Below, piece by piece: positions 59,153 through 64,000 of a stretch of DNA of 64,000 nucleotides (positions within the stretch are counted from its first letter, which is position 1; each line of letters opens with the position of its first letter). This DNA comes from an uncultured Acidobacteriota bacterium. GTDB lineage: Bacteria > Acidobacteriota > Thermoanaerobaculia > UBA5066. Location: NCBI GenBank assembly GCA_963779415.1, contig CAVZYA010000002.1, positions 480,001 to 544,000 on the forward strand. Direction: 5' to 3'. The notes beneath the pieces were generated by a model. It saw nothing but the letters and a program-made list of their open reading frames with translations, did no database searches and was not told where the DNA came from. The translations under genes were made by a program, and so were the position numbers.

Positions 59153-59755
59153 TCAGGCCCGGCCGCTCAGGGTCCAGCCGAGAAGCAGCAGCCCGATCGC
59201 CGCGATCCAGCTGCCGGCGACGCGGACGACGATTCGGGTCAAGGGGCGCCTGAGCGAGACGACAAGGGCCGACATCAGAGCCACGAGCAGGAAGACGGCT
59301 CCGGCGATGCCGACGAGCCCGCTCGCCTCTCCGCCGGCGAGGGCGATCGAAGCTCCGTTCAACCAGCCGTGAACCATCCCGAGAGTCACTGCGAGCGCCG
59401 TCACAATGGCGGGGGCAAGCTTCAGGTCCATGGCCGTCAGAATTCCAAGCGCGAGGAGCGAGAGAGACGTGGCCCCTGCGGGGAGCGGAGCGACTCCGGT
59501 CACATGACCGGCCAGACCGCCGGCGAGCCACGCGGCCGGCAGGATGAAGAGCGCCCGCCGGCCCGTGGCCGGCCCGTTCAGGCCGGCCAGGAGCGCCATC
59601 GCCACGACCGGCAGCAGGTCGTCGAAGGTGAGGAAGAGGTGCGAGATGCCGTCGTAGACCGGGCCGAGCCCGGTCGTCATCAGATGCGCGTGGGCTGCCC
59701 CGGGCCACAGGAACAACACCCCGGCCGTCATCGTCCAGAGCGCTCGCCTCCTCAC
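59153..59755 (-). CDS. HupE/UreJ family protein
   Basis: AHAHL..TGLG..YDG.SH, HGWLNG and RVAGSWIAAIG. Confidence 0.8.
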   Translation of the reverse strand: MRRRALWTMTAGVLFLWPGAAHAHLMTTGLGPVYDGISHLFLTFDDLLPVVAMALLAGLNGPATGRRALFILPAAWLAGGLAGHVTGVAPLPAGATSLSLLALGILTAMDLKLAPAIVTALAVTLGMVHGWLNGASIALAGGEASGLVGIAGAVFLLVALMSALVVSLRRPLTRIVVRVAGSWIAAIGLLLLGWTLSGRA

Positions 59756-60360
59756 GCCAGCGCCCTCCAGAGAAAGAGGACTCCGCCGGCACAGACCGCA
59801 CCCCCCGCGAGGCGCAGGGCGATCCGGCCCCACGCCCAACGGTGGATCACCCCGATGCCGATCCCGGTCGCGTGAAGGCAGCCGGTGGCGATCACGAAGC
59901 CGACGCTGTAGAGGAGACCGCTCTGGCCCGCGGGAAGCTCGGTGCCGTGGGCGTGTCCGTGGAAAATCGCGAAGAAACCGACGAGAATCGCCGCCAGCCA
60001 GAGCGGCGGGCGGGCTTCCCGCGCGACCACCAGGCCGAGGAGCAGCGCGGAGAGCGCGATGCCGACCTCGACGCCGGGGAGCGGCACGCCGACGAGGCCC
60101 ATGAAGCCGCCGAGCGACATCACCAGGGGGAAGGTCACCGGCAACAGCCAGATCGCGGGAGCGCCGAGCTGCGCCCCCCAGAGGCCGACAGCCACCATCG
60201 CGAGGACGTGGTCGAGGCCGGAGATCGGGTGCTTCAGGCCGGTGAGGAAGCCGGCCGCCTGCCCCTGCTGCGGGTGCGCGAGGGCCGGCATCGCGACGAG
60301 GAGGAAGAGCAGCGCGAAAAGAGCCTCGCCGAAGGCGCGGGCGTTCCTGCCGCCTCTCAT
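59752..60360 (-). CDS. HupE/UreJ family Ni-transporter-like protein
   Basis: GLKHPISGLDHVLAMVAVGLW and FHGHAHGTE. Confidence 0.9.
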   Translation of the reverse strand: MRGGRNARAFGEALFALLFLLVAMPALAHPQQGQAAGFLTGLKHPISGLDHVLAMVAVGLWGAQLGAPAIWLLPVTFPLVMSLGGFMGLVGVPLPGVEVGIALSALLLGLVVAREARPPLWLAAILVGFFAIFHGHAHGTELPAGQSGLLYSVGFVIATGCLHATGIGIGVIHRWAWGRIALRLAGGAVCAGGVLFLWRALA

Positions 60361-61367
60361 CGAGAGCCTCCGAGCAGCATCGCCGTCCGCTGGATCGTCC
60401 AGAAAGCCCCGAGCGATCCGACCGCGTAGCCGGGAAGCACCTCGGCCCAGCGCGGCCAGCGGATCTCGAGCGCCCGGAAGGCGCGCTCGAGAAGGACGAC
60501 GAGGAGGACGAACGCGATCTGGCCGATCTCGACGCCGACGTTGAACAGGAGAAGCGCAAGGGGGATCTCCGCTTTCGGCAGCCCCATCGCCGTCAGCCCG
60601 CTCGCGAAGCCGAAGCCGTGGAGGAGGCCGAAAGCGAATGCCACGACCCACGGGTGGCGAATGGTGAAGCTCGTCTCGCCGTTCCAGACGCGGACGATCT
60701 CAGGGCCGAGGAAGAGGATCGAAAGGGCGATCGCGGCATTCAAGGGGGGGAGCGGCGCGCTCGCGTAGCCGAGCGTCGCGATCGCCAGCGTGAGGCTGTG
60801 CGCCAGGGTGAACGACGAGATCGTCTTCACCAGCATCCAGCGGTCGCCGACGATCAGGAGGAGGCCGAAGACGAACAGCAGGTGGTCGACGCCGAGGAGG
60901 ATGTGCTGGACTCCGAGCTGCAGGTAGGAGAGCGAGCGCTCGAGGCGGGTCGTGACCCCGCCGAGCGTCACCGACGGCGTCGCCGGGCGGAGCAGGTGGC
61001 TCTCGAGCCGGCCGTCGGCGTGCTGGATCCGGACGAGGACGTCCGTCACCGTCGTCTCGAGCCCCGCGATGCGGAGCGTCTTTCCCTCGAGACCTCCGTC
61101 GCAGGTCAGCGTGCCGCGCACGAGCACCGCTCCCGGTGTCAGCTGCTGGCGGTCGGGGGTCGAAAGCTGGCAGCCGTCGGGGACGACGGGGGCGATCCGG
61201 ATCTCCACTTCGCCGCCGGCCGGCCGCTTCCAGAGGAGCGAGTAGGTGGCGGGAGAAGTTTCGCGCAGCTCGAGGTAACCAGGCCGAAGCTCGTGAGCAA
61301 GGGCCGTGAACTCCACGCCCAGTGCGAAGGCCACACCAACGAGAAGCAGGAGGCCCCGCCGCATCAC
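60357..61367 (-). CDS. HupE/UreJ_2 family protein with periplasmic domain
   Basis: AHELRPGYLEL, HILLGVDHLLF, FTLAHSLTL, FGLLHGFGFA and FNVGVEIGQ. Confidence 0.88.
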   Translation of the reverse strand: MMRRGLLLLVGVAFALGVEFTALAHELRPGYLELRETSPATYSLLWKRPAGGEVEIRIAPVVPDGCQLSTPDRQQLTPGAVLVRGTLTCDGGLEGKTLRIAGLETTVTDVLVRIQHADGRLESHLLRPATPSVTLGGVTTRLERSLSYLQLGVQHILLGVDHLLFVFGLLLIVGDRWMLVKTISSFTLAHSLTLAIATLGYASAPLPPLNAAIALSILFLGPEIVRVWNGETSFTIRHPWVVAFAFGLLHGFGFASGLTAMGLPKAEIPLALLLFNVGVEIGQIAFVLLVVLLERAFRALEIRWPRWAEVLPGYAVGSLGAFWTIQRTAMLLGGSR

Positions 61368-62239
61368 GAGCCCGCCTTCGCCTTGAAGCTGCCGACCTTC
61401 CCGGCGTCCGGCCTCTCGATGACGACCCGGTACTTCTCGAGGAGCCGCTCGTACATCGCGGCGAGCTGCTGCTTGCGCCGTTCCGCCATGAACTCCCGCT
61501 CCACGGCCGGGCGGACCGCGGCGAGCTCAGGAACCGACGCCTCCACGCGCCCCTTGACGAGGACGAGATGGAGACCGTACCCCGACTCGATCGGGCCCGT
61601 CCACCTGCCGGAGGCGATCGTCTCGAGTCGCCGGGCGAAATCCTCGCCGAATGTCCGGGCGACGTCGCTGCGGGGCGCCATCTCGTTCTCCTGCGGCAGC
61701 ATGATCGGATCGCCGAGGTTGTCGATCCGGGCCCCGGGACCAGCCTTTTCGAGCCGCGCGAGGATCGCGTGGGTATCGGCCTCCGCGGAGGCCCCGCGCC
61801 GGTTCGCGTTGACGTAAACCTGCCGGAACGCCATCTGCGGCTCGATCCGGAAGGCATCGGCGTGCGTTTCAAGCCAAACCTGCAGCTCCCTCTCGGTCGG
61901 CGGCGCCGCCGCGTCGAAATCCTCGGCGAGGAACTCCAGCTTCTGCCGGAGCCGGCGGCGGATGATCGTGTCGTCGCGGTCGAGGCCGGCCTTCATCGCC
62001 TCGCGGACGGCGATCTCCTCGCGGACCCAGTCGTCGATCAGCCCTTTGAGCTCGGCGTCCGTCGGGGGGCGCTGCCAGACCTTCGCGAAACCCGCCGCGA
62101 GGTGCTCGATCTGCCCCGCGGTGAGAACGATCCGGTTGGAGGTTGGGCCCGACCCGCCGCCGCGCCACTGGAAGAACAGAAACAGCGCCGCGCCGATGGC
62201 GAGGAAGTGGACCAGGGGCTCGCGGAGGAGCTTCTTCAT
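61364..62239 (-). CDS. parvulin-like peptidyl-prolyl isomerase (Rotamase_2)
   Basis: LREPLVHFL, REE...REA...GLDRDD.IIRRRL.QKLEF and W.GPIESGYGLHLV. Confidence 0.85.
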   Translation of the reverse strand: MKKLLREPLVHFLAIGAALFLFFQWRGGGSGPTSNRIVLTAGQIEHLAAGFAKVWQRPPTDAELKGLIDDWVREEIAVREAMKAGLDRDDTIIRRRLRQKLEFLAEDFDAAAPPTERELQVWLETHADAFRIEPQMAFRQVYVNANRRGASAEADTHAILARLEKAGPGARIDNLGDPIMLPQENEMAPRSDVARTFGEDFARRLETIASGRWTGPIESGYGLHLVLVKGRVEASVPELAAVRPAVEREFMAERRKQQLAAMYERLLEKYRVVIERPDAGKVGSFKAKAGS

Positions 62240-62258
62240 CCCGAGCCCCCGGCGGGCG

Positions 62259-64000
62259 CTACTTCGATGGCGAGTACCAGATCGGCGAGGTGTAGGCGCG
62301 GTCGGTGACCGTCATCGGGACGTAATCGGGCATTTTGACGCCGTAACGCTTCTGGTCGTAGGCGGTCCAGCGCGGCGAGGGAATCTGGATCACGCGGACG
62401 TAGTAGAACGCGCGCTCCTTCGCGTCGAACGCCGGGTCCTTCCAGTACGCCGACAGCAGCGGGGCCCCGATGGTGTTCGTGTAGGTCGCGTTCGCGACGT
62501 CCACCGTGCTGCCGACGGGGGTCTTGCAGCGGCCGTCCGGGCCGATCTTGCGGCGGCCGGAGACGGCCACGTCGAAGATCCGCTCGTGCGTCTTGCCGTC
62601 CTTGCCGAGCCACCCTTGATGATCTGGATCCGGTCGAGGTTCGGGCCGATCGGATCGCGGAGCGCCTGGACCATGAAGACGGGCCGCTTGCCGGCCGGAG
62701 CCTTGGCGAGATTGCCGCCCATCGGCACGCCGTGGGCATAGCCGTTCGCGGCGAAGTCGGGGCGTTCGAGGTCCGCCGACGCGAAGTCCCAACCCGCGAA
62801 GACGCGCACCGTCGGCCGGTCGCCCGTCGTGGCGTAGACCTCTTTGCGCTTGAGCGCGTCCCAGATCGCCTCGCGGGTGTTCTCGCGCGCCCACACGCCG
62901 CCCAGGCCCGCAGCCTGCTCGTTCCAAACCGAGACCAGCGGCTTGCCTTCCTTCGTCACGGCAAGCGGGGCTTTCCAACGCTCCGGCGACGGCAATCCGT
63001 TGGCAAACTCACCGAAGAAGTTGTCCTCCCTCTCGCTGATGACACCCGTATGGTTATCGCTTCCACCGATCATGCCGAACTGGTAGGGGTTGGCTCCGAG
63101 CTTCGCGTCCAGCTCCAGCCCCAGCTTGAGCGCCGGCCGGGCGTGACTGCCTGCCAGCGCGCTGTTCGGCGCCTTCGTCCTGCGCGCCAAAGTCAACCGT
63201 CCAGAAACGTTCGAAATCGGCGAATTCGTCGGTCGGCGAGAGGAAGGGATGGGTCTCGCTGTCGCCCTTGACCTGCGTCACCTCCATGAGCGGCTCGTGG
63301 CTGATGCGCGCCTCGGCATAGGCCCGGTCCATGGGTTTTCCTTCGAAGGTCTCCGCCGTGAACATGATGCCCACGCTCAAGTTGGGGTTGTGCGGGATGG
63401 CCAGCACCGAGCCGCCCGTCTTCGTCGCGTAGGCGTCCATGTACTTCAGAGGTCCGCCGGATCCTGGCTGTCGAACGTGGAGAAAGGGAACGATCTGCTT
63501 CACGCGGTCCGCGCCGTCACGGAAGATGACGGTACGGTGGAGATTCTTGCCGCCTGGCGCGGACGTCCATTCGAACCCGTGCAGCGCGGTGAAAAGGCCC
63601 GGCTCATTCCACTTCTCGGCGGCCGCCATGGCGTGCGCCCAGGCCTTGGCCACGAGCTTGCTGGCGTCGAATTCAGCCTTGCCGGTCCCCATGGCCACCA
63701 CGGCAGCGATGGCGGCTTTGGTCCCCGCCGCCGGGCTCGTCTTGAAAGCGTCGTACCACTCCTTGCACGTAGGGTCGGCGACGCATTCGGGGCTGCCGGC
63801 GCGAATCTCATCGGCGACGCCCATGTATTCGGCATGGTCGGTGATTGCGATCCAGTCCAGCGGCCGGTCCAGCTTGAAGCGCTGGCCGTTGTCGACGACG
63901 GCTTCCCCGCCTCGGGCGACCTTCAAGAGGTCTTCGGGAGTCAGCGTAATCCCGAACATTCCGGCGTCGAAGGAGTAGCCGGTGTGGACGTGGGCGACGC
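62259..64000 (-). CDS. DUF3604 domain protein (PHP-like metal-binding), 5' end outside window; frameshifted
   Basis: HVHTGYSFDA, ITDHAEY, NLHRTVIF, AIPHN, EVTQVKGDSE, GSDNH, RKEVYATTG, AFYYVRV and RAYTSPIWY across several frames. Confidence 0.85.

Overview
This is a high-GC (roughly 70% by eye) bacterial chromosomal window. Gene content (VWA protein, amidase-GerMN-murI-rph, MqnD-type protein, many apparently leaderless genes) suggests Acidobacteriota, possibly Thermoanaerobaculia, but that is inference. The core carries housekeeping genes: murI, rph, tRNA-Pro(TGG), dusB, a CM-PDT-DAHP synthase fusion, glmU, glmS, pcrA/uvrD, truA and mqnD. Accessory material is concentrated at 1-22 kb and 59-64 kb. 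The first block holds a GH13 enzyme, vapBC, hicBA, a BNR/VPS10 protein, an RND pump, a J-domain+HIRAN pair and a Cbp1-like protein. The second holds DUF3604, a PPIase and three HupE/UreJ genes. Several long genes carry multiple 1-nt frameshifts, most likely assembly errors. The strongest unexplained signal is a dispersed, fixed-length 28-bp site (GGGGTC-RN-GTCTC-NATT-NTNN-ATTATAS) at seven intergenic loci between 1.5 and 20.7 kb. Five loci lie just downstream of a gene on that gene's strand, two variant copies lie upstream of genes facing away, and four loci show short tandem duplications across the GGGGTC junction. This suggests a site-specific cassette or mobility system whose enzyme is not in the window. 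Other leads are related AT-rich inserts with a rare TTA codon inside two genes, a 21-aa Lys-rich micropeptide with a structured leader, and compact bidirectional leaderless promoters. No databases were searched; family calls come from motif recognition.
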